A DNA stretch of 64,000 nucleotides, taken from NCBI GenBank assembly GCA_963693055.1, contig OY843751.1:4128001-4192000 (forward strand), given 5' to 3'. This document shows, piece after piece, positions 7,923 to 16,887 of this stretch. The position numbers and the translations under genes were made by a program. The notes beneath the pieces are model-generated. The model was given only the letters and a program-made list of their open reading frames with translations, was not told the DNA's origin and searched no databases. Origin of the DNA: a bacterium (GTDB lineage: Bacteria; Zhuqueibacterota; Zhuqueibacteria; Residuimicrobiales; Krinioviventaceae). Each line of letters begins with the position of its first letter. Positions within the stretch are counted from its first letter, which is position 1.

Positions 7923-10918
7923 ATTGAAATCTCCTGCTCATGGGTAATATCATATCCTTTCAACAGCACTTCAATCCCATCTGTAAATGATATCTGTTTA
8001 CCGGTAACCCGAATATATCGATCCAATTCAGGTTTTTCACTCTGTACATGCAGCACATCACCAATCTCGATGGGGATTCCCTGCAAGTTCAACCGACACT
8101 GAATCAGCAGTACCCCAAAAGCCCACATTTCATATAATTCCGAGACCAATAATCCAACGGATTCCGATGCAAAATAACCCGGCAGATCAAGTTGAGCGCT
8201 TTGCAGCAAACCGGATTGCAATTGGCTGAAAGGAATATCAGTGGGCCCGGCATATAAAGATCTGAATAAATAGGTGTTGTTATCATAATCATATCCATAA
8301 CGCAATTGCCATAAATTCACCCGTTCCCGCGAACCCATTTCCGGCCCGGGTAATAAATTGGTAACCCCACTTGTATCTACGACTGGTGCCTCACAATGAC
8401 GATGCACAAATAACCGTTCCACACCCCAGTTATCATTAAACAAGAATCCATTCAAATGCTGTGCAACACATTCCAATGCCTGCAAAACAGACATGTCCCG
8501 CTCTAACGATAAACTGATATGTAATCCATTATCCTCGCACCAGAGATATTCACGATCAAAATTATAATTGGGATCCGGAACATTCCGTTTTTTGATATAA
8601 ACATCACTACCACACGTCAATATCTCACCAAAAGGATTATTAACAGATACCCGGATATATGGAGGATATGATGCCTGCACATTGTTGCCAGAGGTAACAA
8701 CAAGCTCCAGCCCCCCAATGATCAAAGTTTCACCGGTTTGGATTTTCACAGGTGCCGTTACCGCAATATTAACATCTGTACTCCCTGCACCAATATCCTC
8801 AGCCAACACTCCAATCTGCTTTCGTTCAAAAAAAGATGAAGCCGCAATTAAATGCCGAGGTGTCTCTGTATGTTCACGTAATAATTGATAAATAACAGTA
8901 ACCGGATTAACATCTACCCAGGTTCTGCCCGTCTTGAATGATACCTTGTCACCGCTTCGGGTGGTTCCGTCCCATGCAGACGGTAGAATACATAGCTGCT
9001 CCCCACCTTGGATCGTATCAAAAGTTAAACCCAGTCTGTAAATCGTCAATCCATCACGTTCCATTATGTATGCATATTCACCATCCATGGCAATGGCATT
9101 GGCATTTCTCAAATAAAAGGGGCCATCCGCTCCGCGTATGGTTTCAATCAACCTGGCATTTAATGGATCAGAAATATCAATAACACTCAATGCATGATTG
9201 ATGGAAGATACACTGAACAACCGATTTCCCTCAATCGTAAACACCATTCCCGAGCTGTACCAGGGGGAGCCGGCACTGCCAAATTCTGTTGCGACAAAGG
9301 GATTTGTAATATCACTGATATCGATCACAAATATTCTACCGTATCGTCCTTTAACAAAAGCATAATTTCCGGAAATTCTCACAGAATAGCCACCCTCTTC
9401 AATGGCAAGTGTAGTTACTAGGACCAGATTTCCCGGTGCGTCAATATCAATGATCACCAAACGATTATCATAACTTGATACCGTCAAAAGATAGTGATCA
9501 ACAATATCAAAATCCCACAAACCCTGCATATAATTTGGCGAACCCACACCACCAAATCTTGATAAATACTGAATATTGAACGGATCATCGACATCGAAAA
9601 CATATATCGTATCCTGTCCCTGTACATATAAAAAATGGCCGTTCAATTTACATTTCACCGCAAAGAAATCTTCCGGAACTCCCTCTGCTCCCGCGGTTTG
9701 GGTGTCAATCAAAACAGGATTATAAGGATCTGAAACATAAAAACACTTAAATTTGCCAACAAACGATCCACTACTGATATCAACATAGGCTACATATACA
9801 TAATTGGATATTTTCTCTACTGCAGCATAAATACAATTATTTGCAAATGAAATAGAAGCACATTGCACTGGATTTGCAGGATCACTCACATCCAGAATAA
9901 CCAGTTTGCCCGTTTCCACAACAGGAATGAATACCCAATCCCGATCTTTAACCAGGTCCCATGCAAAACCCATATCATTTACCGGACCGGTAAACCTCCC
10001 GGTCATTCCATAATATCTGTCATATACACGGCCATCCACTCCGGAACCGGATAATGTATATTTTGTATTTGTAATAAAATCCAGCTGCCATTTACCGGGA
10101 TGGCAGTCCGCTTGTGGGAAAATGGATTCACGCTCCAAATCGCATGATGCGTCATCATTCCAGCAAATGCTGCATGCGCTGGAATGCTCTCCACTCACGC
10201 ACAATAATCGTGATGTTTCGTCCGAATCTACACCCACCAGTGCTCTGTCCAGCTTGCTTTTCCGAGAATCCACCAGAACCATCCGTACTGATCCTGCCAA
10301 AACCTCGGGCACTTTGAGTATCCTTCCCCGGAACAAAACCATGGGCTGCGCTGCCCCTGCAAGATGCAGTCTAACCTGCACCGGCGTATTCTCTGGCATT
10401 TGTGAGAAAAGATAGCCTCCCCTGGGCATATAAAAAGCCAGTGGCTCGGCAAGCGTGATCCTGTCCGTATGATTGTCGGCAGTATAACTCAATATCTCTA
10501 CAATTTGTTGTTTTATCGAACCATAATAATAATCTTCACCATAAAGTACAATACGTTCTCCCTGTGCATAGCTTACACCCGCCTGATGCTGGATCAAAAT
10601 CTCAGAACTCCCGGATTCTGCTGATTCAGCTATAATACTTTTTGCATGATGAAACGGGCTGGCCGGATTTATGGGGGATAGCGAGCCATCTGCATCAGCA
10701 ATCTCGATCTCCACATCCCGTAAAACAGAACGTCCACCCCATTGCGGATCTACATCTCTGCAATTGCTGATTGGACTAATGTTAATGACACTATTTTGAC
10801 CATCAATAACAATATTCCGGTCTTCAGGATCAACCAATAAATCCAAATAATATTGCTGCCCTCCTGCTTTTTCAAGTTCATACTGCCAATCCGCAGGTAA
10901 TGTTTTATAATCCGGCAT
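7919..10918 (-). CDS. Tail tip/hub protein with internal LVIVD beta-propeller (putative receptor-binding protein)
   Basis: Central repeats LVILDVSDPANP, VFDVDDPFN, VIDISDITNP, VIDISDPLN (LVIVD type). N- and C-terminal parts resemble phage hub/Tal regions (LFRGRI; IEIGDVLHV..IRVTGKQI). Confidence 0.7.
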   Translation of the reverse strand: MPDYKTLPADWQYELEKAGGQQYYLDLLVDPEDRNIVIDGQNSVINISPISNCRDVDPQWGGRSVLRDVEIEIADADGSLSPINPASPFHHAKSIIAESAESGSSEILIQHQAGVSYAQGERIVLYGEDYYYGSIKQQIVEILSYTADNHTDRITLAEPLAFYMPRGGYLFSQMPENTPVQVRLHLAGAAQPMVLFRGRILKVPEVLAGSVRMVLVDSRKSKLDRALVGVDSDETSRLLCVSGEHSSACSICWNDDASCDLERESIFPQADCHPGKWQLDFITNTKYTLSGSGVDGRVYDRYYGMTGRFTGPVNDMGFAWDLVKDRDWVFIPVVETGKLVILDVSDPANPVQCASISFANNCIYAAVEKISNYVYVAYVDISSGSFVGKFKCFYVSDPYNPVLIDTQTAGAEGVPEDFFAVKCKLNGHFLYVQGQDTIYVFDVDDPFNIQYLSRFGGVGSPNYMQGLWDFDIVDHYLLTVSSYDNRLVIIDIDAPGNLVLVTTLAIEEGGYSVRISGNYAFVKGRYGRIFVIDISDITNPFVATEFGSAGSPWYSSGMVFTIEGNRLFSVSSINHALSVIDISDPLNARLIETIRGADGPFYLRNANAIAMDGEYAYIMERDGLTIYRLGLTFDTIQGGEQLCILPSAWDGTTRSGDKVSFKTGRTWVDVNPVTVIYQLLREHTETPRHLIAASSFFERKQIGVLAEDIGAGSTDVNIAVTAPVKIQTGETLIIGGLELVVTSGNNVQASYPPYIRVSVNNPFGEILTCGSDVYIKKRNVPDPNYNFDREYLWCEDNGLHISLSLERDMSVLQALECVAQHLNGFLFNDNWGVERLFVHRHCEAPVVDTSGVTNLLPGPEMGSRERVNLWQLRYGYDYDNNTYLFRSLYAGPTDIPFSQLQSGLLQSAQLDLPGYFASESVGLLVSELYEMWAFGVLLIQCRLNLQGIPIEIGDVLHVQSEKPELDRYIRVTGKQISFTDGIEVLLKGYDITHEQEISI

Positions 10919-11301
10919 TATTCACACTCCAACAAGGTCAATACGGTTTCTGATTTTGCCGCAGGTTGATGCCCAAACAAAATCGTTTTTTCAAATTCAG
11001 GATACAAGATGCATTTCAGCTCAAAATCAGGATCTTTGATCATGGCATAATGAACTGTCATCACATCCCTGATTGCCGTCAATGTTTTGATACGTTCTGC
11101 TGTATCCGCATGCATATTACAAATACGCATTTGAAGCGTATTCCATACGCCCCCTTCTTTCTCAATACCGGGGACCGTATTGCCATTCACACGGATTTGT
11201 TGAAAACGCAGGGATTGTTTAATCACATCTCGCACTTCATCCCGGTAAAATTGAACAATAGTTTGTCCACTTGCTATCGAAACTGCTACTATCCGGCTCA
11301 T
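10918..11301 (-). CDS. Putative distal tail (Dit-like) protein
   Basis: 127 aa, directly upstream of the hub gene with a TAATG overlap; C-terminal L-x-L-x-E typical of Dit-like proteins. The call is mainly positional. Confidence 0.5.
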   Translation of the reverse strand: MSRIVAVSIASGQTIVQFYRDEVRDVIKQSLRFQQIRVNGNTVPGIEKEGGVWNTLQMRICNMHADTAERIKTLTAIRDVMTVHYAMIKDPDFELKCILYPEFEKTILFGHQPAAKSETVLTLLECE

Positions 11302-11471
11302 GAAAATGGACCCTTTGGAGGCTCAAAAAATCGTTCCCGATATTTTATTTGCTGATAAACAACATCATCAATCCATGTCTCCCGTTCACGATCACGTTTT
11401 TGTTTATCGATATCCACCATTCCGGATACAATTGCGGAATCCAGAACCAATGGAGTTAATCTTTTTTGCAC
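11298..11471 (-). CDS. 57-aa ORF at the tail chaperone/tape-measure position
   Basis: Below the ORF-track cutoff. GGGGGTG RBS and GTG start give VQKRLTPLVLDSAIVSGMVDIDKQKRDRERETWIDDVVYQQIKYRERFFEPPKGPFS; its stop overlaps the next ATG (ATGA). Confidence 0.65.
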   Translation of the reverse strand: MQKRLTPLVLDSAIVSGMVDIDKQKRDRERETWIDDVVYQQIKYRERFFEPPKGPFS

Positions 11472-11480
11472 ATTCACCCC

Positions 11481-12278
11481 CTATTCTGTAATTAATTTTC
11501 CATATACCACACGAATATCTGCATTTGCTTGCGGTGGTGTATCAAACTGCAGTGTTTGGCCGTTCAACTCTAACCCGTCAGTCACATATCTGCCCCGAGT
11601 ACCTCCCGGCTGCGTAATGACCAGAGCCGCAATTGTAGTATGCGGCCAGCTTTCCGGAATATCAATATCCGCATTCAACAATTCCACAGGTTGCGTGGAT
11701 AGCTGAAATACTGTGGACGTACCATCCCCCGTAAAACGGTCAATTCGTAACTCCAGTCCCGCAGGTATCCGTAAAGGCATCCGGGTTGATGTAAAGGGAA
11801 TATCCATAAAATCACATCCATCAACAACCAACGTCCCCGGGGTGCCAAGCACAATTTCAGGAAATATCATACTACATTTGTGCTGTAACGTATCCGTTCG
11901 ATAAACAGCTTCCAGAGAACCTGCTACTCGCTTGTTCATAACCATAGGGTACAGGGCGGTTCCACTGGCAGCCAGATTCAGTCCGGCAGCCATGGACAAA
12001 AACACATCAGCACAACCTGTCAGCATTCGGATTGATCCCCCAAAAGCGTAATCAAAACCCAGTGGATGTGGCTCTTCATCCTCCACACAAAACACCTGCC
12101 TGACCTCTGCTGGAGTATAGGGCTCTGCTTTCATGCACTCTACTCCCTGCAAATACATTGGAGCAACGGGTAATGCTGCATCTCCGCTAGCTGGATGAAA
12201 TCGCAATAATATATTTTTGCCTTGCAGATATTGCTCTGGTCCTGGTGCCCGTAACCGCTCAGTTAATGACATAATCAT
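11481..12278 (-). CDS. Putative tail tube protein with C-terminal Ig-like extension
   Basis: Follows the terminator-like gene; beta-rich; C-terminal FTGDGTSTVFQL...LQFDTPPQANADIRVVY resembles a module seen in phage and GTA tail proteins. Confidence 0.55.
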   Translation of the reverse strand: MIMSLTERLRAPGPEQYLQGKNILLRFHPASGDAALPVAPMYLQGVECMKAEPYTPAEVRQVFCVEDEEPHPLGFDYAFGGSIRMLTGCADVFLSMAAGLNLAASGTALYPMVMNKRVAGSLEAVYRTDTLQHKCSMIFPEIVLGTPGTLVVDGCDFMDIPFTSTRMPLRIPAGLELRIDRFTGDGTSTVFQLSTQPVELLNADIDIPESWPHTTIAALVITQPGGTRGRYVTDGLELNGQTLQFDTPPQANADIRVVYGKLITE

Positions 12279-12772
12279 TCCCCCTGCCTGACATTCAATT
12301 CAATCCTGAATTTGCTGTGAATCATATCCCGATTTGCGTTATGCTCACGCACAGGCCCCTCACATTCTTTTACCCGAATTCCCTGGGTTATCAATGTTTG
12401 CGCACTGAGCAAAACTCCTTTTAGCTCTACGTTAAATGTTTGTGTATGCAAGCCAACAGGATCGGTAAAACAGGATAACAACTCGCTCAAAATCACCTGG
12501 TGCTCATCAATCCCCCCGCTTGCGGGATCATTCCACACGCCAATTGTCAACTCGAACAACAATAACGGTTCGCTGCCCAGATAATTCTGTCGTCCGTTCA
12601 AAATCGGTGTATTCACATAAATAACCGGACAATCCACATGGTCCTGAATATTTTTGTGATTGTAGCCGGCTTTAAATCGGCATCCGGCAATTGCTGTATT
12701 TCCTACAGCAAACGCTTTCAATAGCGCCATAAAACAGGATTGTATTTCTATCAAAACTCTGTCTCTATTCAT
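12275..12772 (-). CDS. Putative tail terminator/tail completion protein
   Basis: GGAG RBS before ATG 12772; P-V-I-Y-V and F-E-L-T-I-G-V-W pattern typical of gpU/gp17-like proteins; position fits. Confidence 0.55.
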   Translation of the reverse strand: MNRDRVLIEIQSCFMALLKAFAVGNTAIAGCRFKAGYNHKNIQDHVDCPVIYVNTPILNGRQNYLGSEPLLLFELTIGVWNDPASGGIDEHQVILSELLSCFTDPVGLHTQTFNVELKGVLLSAQTLITQGIRVKECEGPVREHNANRDMIHSKFRIELNVRQGE

Positions 12773-12776
12773 ATGC

Positions 12777-13241
12777 CTACTCCTGACCCTGTATTTGACG
12801 AAGAATTGCAAACTGGGCCACTTTTTCATCCGATGACAAAATCTCACTTTGCTTTAATCGATAGCGGCAGCCATTGTATTCAAAATAATCGTTCAACAGG
12901 TCCAGTGTATTTAAATCCAGAAAAGCACCATCCACTGTATTCACCGTTCCAATGATCATCATGTCTCTGGCAGTTACATTGCCCACAACCTGAAATTGTA
13001 CAAAAGTTTTCACCATGGTATAGTTGAATACAAAGGCCTTGATGGACAATTCAGAAACAACTGTCCCTGTCCGTCCAATACTCTCACAATCCGTATCATC
13101 AGGGTGATTGCGATGCCATTCAGGCGAGTAAACCCCGGTCTTTTCCGTACAGGGACAATCACTGCCGCCCACATGCCGGACCAGTGTCAAGTCGGTACCA
13201 TAACGCAATACATCCTGACAAAATAATTGATGATCAGTCAT
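12777..13241 (-). CDS. Putative head-closure (stopper) protein with Cys/His motif
   Basis: Follows the adaptor; FEYNGCRYRL stopper-like C-terminal pattern; H..CPC..WH..H..C cluster. Start placed at 13241 by its RBS. Confidence 0.55.
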   Translation of the reverse strand: MTDHQLFCQDVLRYGTDLTLVRHVGGSDCPCTEKTGVYSPEWHRNHPDDTDCESIGRTGTVVSELSIKAFVFNYTMVKTFVQFQVVGNVTARDMMIIGTVNTVDGAFLDLNTLDLLNDYFEYNGCRYRLKQSEILSSDEKVAQFAILRQIQGQE

Positions 13242-13647
13242 ATTTGCTTCCCCCAAACGATCCGCTCCACCACGGACCCTGCTCTGAACATCCCAGCAAA
13301 TTCAGATAACGCTGCCATTCCTCCATCAGCGTTTGACAGATTTGTTCCTTTTCTTGTGCGGAAACCGGTTTTATCTCTACAGGACCGCTTTTACTGCCTC
13401 TGACCGGAGCTGAACTGACAACCTTGTGCGCAACAAAAGCAACTTGTGCCGCTTTTGCCAGCACCAACTCTGACGCAGTCAATCCAGACAGTTCCAGTCC
13501 GTTTTTATCCAGAACCAATTCCAGCCAGGCATCCCCCGCTGGAATAAATGCGGTACCCGCAAGTACCTGATCCGACACCTCCAGCTCCGTCATTGTCCGT
13601 AACCTTGCTCTTACATCCGCTGCTGTAATATTTGCCATATTGTTCAC
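13234..13647 (-). CDS. Putative head-tail adaptor (connector) protein
   Basis: Directly after the capsid gene; N-terminal ITAADVRARL..EVSDQVL and K-S-G-P-V-E-I-K hairpin typical of gp15/gp6-like adaptors. Confidence 0.65.
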   Translation of the reverse strand: MNNMANITAADVRARLRTMTELEVSDQVLAGTAFIPAGDAWLELVLDKNGLELSGLTASELVLAKAAQVAFVAHKVVSSAPVRGSKSGPVEIKPVSAQEKEQICQTLMEEWQRYLNLLGCSEQGPWWSGSFGGSKYD

Positions 13648-13651
13648 CTGT

Positions 13652-13684
13652 ATAAATAATAGGGACGGACGACCGACCGTCCCT
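13652..13684 (-). terminator. Hairpin/partial terminator after the major capsid gene
   Basis: AGGGACGG-N8-CCGTCCCT stem followed by an AU-rich tail on the minus strand. Confidence 0.55.
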
Positions 13685-13698
13685 GCAAAATGAAAGGA

Positions 13699-14784
13699 TT
13701 AACTGTGCTCAACCTCAAGACAGCCAATAGCTTGTGGATCGATCACATCAAAAGCGCTTCGTTTCGATACTACGGTTCTGACCTGCTGCTTGGCGATGAT
13801 TCGTTCGGTTTCGGTCAGGTTCATACTGTCATTGGTCACATACCCAATTGCATGTGCGGTATCTACTCCCACCAGTTTGTCCGAAGGAACAATATCCCTG
13901 TCCCATTCCACACCCCGTGGCAGAATCATACCGGTTTGTCCCCATTGCGCAACCGGATTCTGCATATCAGACAATGCATCTCTAAAATCGATCATATTGC
14001 TCTTGCGACCCACAAACGCGTTCAAGGCATATGGCTGCGGCAATGCGGATGCAAAGGTAATGATGTCTTTTTTCACAATACTTCCACTGGTTGCCGTCTG
14101 GCAGGTCTGCTCAGCTTTTAAACCATTATTGTTACCATCACCGTTCAGCAAGGCATTCACAAGCGCGTCCGATTCATCAAGACCAATCTGTTTACCAATT
14201 CGCTGCAATGCAACCGCATAAATGTTGATTGGTGTTGCATAAATCACTTCATAATCGAATAATATATTACGACCAAATTTCGCCAGCGAGATACTCTGTT
14301 TGCCGGCCTTGATCTGGGTCTGTGGAAACTCTGCGCCCCGTGCCGTTTTTTTCAACTCTCGCGATGCCTGACTGTCTTCAAGATACAACTTGCGGAAATC
14401 CAGTCCTGTAATGACCGAAGTCACCGCGGCAAACTCGGGTACAATAGATGCCGCCAAAGCCCCCGCGTAAACGCGATTCGAAATAAATTCCGGAAACAGT
14501 ACGCTGGTATCCGCACTCTGGAAAAACTTTTCCACGCGGTCCGTATGCATACCAAATGCTTTGATATCATGCGCCTGTAATTCCATCTCAAATGCCGACA
14601 ACGGCGGGTCTTCTCCTTTGCGAAGGTATGAGAGCCGCTTTAATTCCTTTTCATAATTGGCAAGCCCCCAATACTCACTAGGCTGCTCACCCTTTTCTAC
14701 GCGGTACTCTTCAAGCCATTCACCAAAGGATTTACCCCGCCGTGCGGCTTCATCGTACATCCCGATTTCAAGTTTTAATGCCAT
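13699..14784 (-). CDS. Major capsid protein (HK97-like fold)
   Basis: SVLFPEFISNRV, RGAEFPQTQI, LAKFGRNILFDYE and ALLNGDGN motifs of phage capsids; GGGGAG RBS before ATG 14784. Confidence 0.85.
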   Translation of the reverse strand: MALKLEIGMYDEAARRGKSFGEWLEEYRVEKGEQPSEYWGLANYEKELKRLSYLRKGEDPPLSAFEMELQAHDIKAFGMHTDRVEKFFQSADTSVLFPEFISNRVYAGALAASIVPEFAAVTSVITGLDFRKLYLEDSQASRELKKTARGAEFPQTQIKAGKQSISLAKFGRNILFDYEVIYATPINIYAVALQRIGKQIGLDESDALVNALLNGDGNNNGLKAEQTCQTATSGSIVKKDIITFASALPQPYALNAFVGRKSNMIDFRDALSDMQNPVAQWGQTGMILPRGVEWDRDIVPSDKLVGVDTAHAIGYVTNDSMNLTETERIIAKQQVRTVVSKRSAFDVIDPQAIGCLEVEHS

Positions 14785-14809
14785 GTAAATTCTCCCCAAT
14801 TTGATTTAA

Positions 14810-15256
14810 TTAAAACAAAACATCCACAGTTTGTGTGTCCTGATGTTTGGCAACCACGGCTCCCCAGCCGCCGGTGCCGCCATCCGCCATATACGTATAG
14901 TCATCTCCGGCAATCGCTACTGCGTCTTTCAAGCCAACAAGCCCTGAATATTTCAGGCTTTTAACCAGAACAGGTGTATGGTGGCCACCCACATCATCTG
15001 TATAATGGAACATTCTCACACCCAGCAGATACCCAAATTCATTGTCCTTTTCACAGGTAATGATCTCACCATCCGCAACATCGCCGCTTGCAGGACTCGT
15101 GACCTCGTAATTGTTCACCCAGGTCAGTTTTACCAGCCGGCCTTCTACATTTTCATTATTTGCCATCAGAGTGGTAATCTCGTCTTTAAAAGTGCTGTCA
15201 GGCACACAGCTAAGCTCTAAAAAATTACCAGTGTCTCCCCCGCCTATTCCTCTCAT
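14810..15256 (-). CDS. Putative head decoration/cement protein
   Basis: 148 aa, Gly-rich and beta-rich, between protease and capsid; ends ..TQTVDVLF like DUF2190-type cement proteins. Confidence 0.55.
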   Translation of the reverse strand: MRGIGGGDTGNFLELSCVPDSTFKDEITTLMANNENVEGRLVKLTWVNNYEVTSPASGDVADGEIITCEKDNEFGYLLGVRMFHYTDDVGGHHTPVLVKSLKYSGLVGLKDAVAIAGDDYTYMADGGTGGWGAVVAKHQDTQTVDVLF

Positions 15257-15277
15257 TATGTTCCTCCTTGATTAAAA

Positions 15278-16450
15278 TTAGGATTGTATGCTGACCGGTG
15301 CCCGAAAAGACCGACTATGCTTTTGGGCCAAATCAGTACTGAATTGATTAAATTCCTGCAAATCCTCTGTCAACATATGTTGATGGGGATGTTTCGCCTC
15401 AAATGCTTTTCTGGAATCCGATACACATTTCTTCAGCTCCTCCAGAGAAAGCGATTCCAGGTTCTGTTTTTCTGCTTCAATATAATCGGGATCATCTCCA
15501 ATCTCCCCAGCCAAACAAGCAAATTTAACCGTCTCTTTGATCAGCGACTGTCTTTCAGGATCATTCATTGGTGTTGCCTTGTCCGGTGTATTTTCTGCAT
15601 CCGTTTTTGTAGCGATTGATTTTCGGGTCCGTGCACCATACTGTGCTCCCAGAAACACATGCGAACCTTCAAGCGCTTCAGCTTCCCGGGTTTCCGTGTT
15701 GCGATATTCCCACCATAAGATCTTGTCCCCATTGCCCGATTTAACCGGTATCAGCTCCGGTGCTCGAAATCCAATACTCATGTCCGAAATAATTCCCGAA
15801 TCGATCTTGCGGATTTTCTCCTCATCATCCGCCAGTAGATAATAACTGGCAACCAGCCAATACAAGCCATTATCTGTTTCCGAGATCTTTTTGTACTGTT
15901 CTTTCAGATCTGCACTGCAATGCGGCCCTGCCAATTTCATCATTTCATCGGCACCAACTTTTTGTAATCGCGATTTAAAATAACGCCCTTCACCGGTTCC
16001 TTCCCAGTCATGCCCGGTCAACACCGCCTTGCCAATGATGGTTTTCTCGAACGATTTTAACACCTCCATGCTGAACCGTTCCCCGTCACGGTCCACAACA
16101 TTGTGACACAGCCAGGCCTCATATACACGAAAATCTTTGCGTTCAAAGGATGATGCATTCACCATCAGCTTACACATTGCATCCCAATCTTCATCACCAA
16201 TCTCTACCGATTTGGTATGAACACTGAAATGTTTCTGTATACCTGCCTGAATGTCAAAAGATTTTACCCGGCTCAATCGATAAAAACGCTGTTCACAATC
16301 TGCCCAGCTCCCATATGCTTTGGCAGGAAACCTTACCTCGGTCCGTCCGGTCTCGGGATGTTTGCGACTATCCAGAAATCCTGCTGGGACCTGTTCAGTC
16401 TCGTCCAAAACGCCATAGTAATACAACCTGCTTTTTCTTAAAAATTGCAT
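15278..16450 (-). CDS. Prohead protease with C-terminal scaffold-like region
   Basis: VDRDGERFS, VLTGHDW, SIGF and E-x-S-x-V..GAQ motifs of HK97-type maturation proteases; helical C-terminus. Confidence 0.8.
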   Translation of the reverse strand: MQFLRKSRLYYYGVLDETEQVPAGFLDSRKHPETGRTEVRFPAKAYGSWADCEQRFYRLSRVKSFDIQAGIQKHFSVHTKSVEIGDEDWDAMCKLMVNASSFERKDFRVYEAWLCHNVVDRDGERFSMEVLKSFEKTIIGKAVLTGHDWEGTGEGRYFKSRLQKVGADEMMKLAGPHCSADLKEQYKKISETDNGLYWLVASYYLLADDEEKIRKIDSGIISDMSIGFRAPELIPVKSGNGDKILWWEYRNTETREAEALEGSHVFLGAQYGARTRKSIATKTDAENTPDKATPMNDPERQSLIKETVKFACLAGEIGDDPDYIEAEKQNLESLSLEELKKCVSDSRKAFEAKHPHQHMLTEDLQEFNQFSTDLAQKHSRSFRAPVSIQS

Positions 16451-16695
16451 ATTCCCTCTTTTATTTATTAAAAATGCGTTAAAACACGTTTCATGCTAAA
16501 TCAATTTTCAATGAATTGGAGTGCATCGCGTTTATGCGCTTGACCGCCTACTGGCGGTATGCGGCGTGTCCTAGACTCGCTAAAAGCCACACCTTCCTCT
16601 CCAATCCCATCCAATCCGCAGATGTTTACACAATGTCTAATCTAAAATATCTGCATAAAACGGATGATCAAAGGGTCTAGGACACAATCCCCCAC

Positions 16696-16848
16696 TCAAA
16701 CCGATAAAGATTTTTTCACCTTTCCCTTGACGCCTTCCACCCCCATCTCTTTGAACCGCTGACTCCCATCACCACAATGGATCTTGCCAAATTTCTCCAA
16801 TCGACCGTATTTATTGCCTCTCGGATTAATTACCTTTTGATTTTGCAT
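16696..16848 (-). CDS. 50-aa basic ORF between portal and protease
   Basis: Not in the ORF track. AAGGGGA RBS and ATG give MQNQKVINPRGNKYGRLEKFGKIHCGDGSQRFKEMGVEGVKGKVKKSLSV. Confidence 0.45.
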   Translation of the reverse strand: MQNQKVINPRGNKYGRLEKFGKIHCGDGSQRFKEMGVEGVKGKVKKSLSV

Positions 16849-16887
16849 AAAACATCCCCTTGTATAAATGATTATCCCCTTGAACTG

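Noticed and set aside
16566-16685. The inverted repeat as a MITE of the IS4 element at 26665-28095
   Set aside because: They share only AGGACAC, in the opposite orientation relative to the element ends, and no target duplication is visible.
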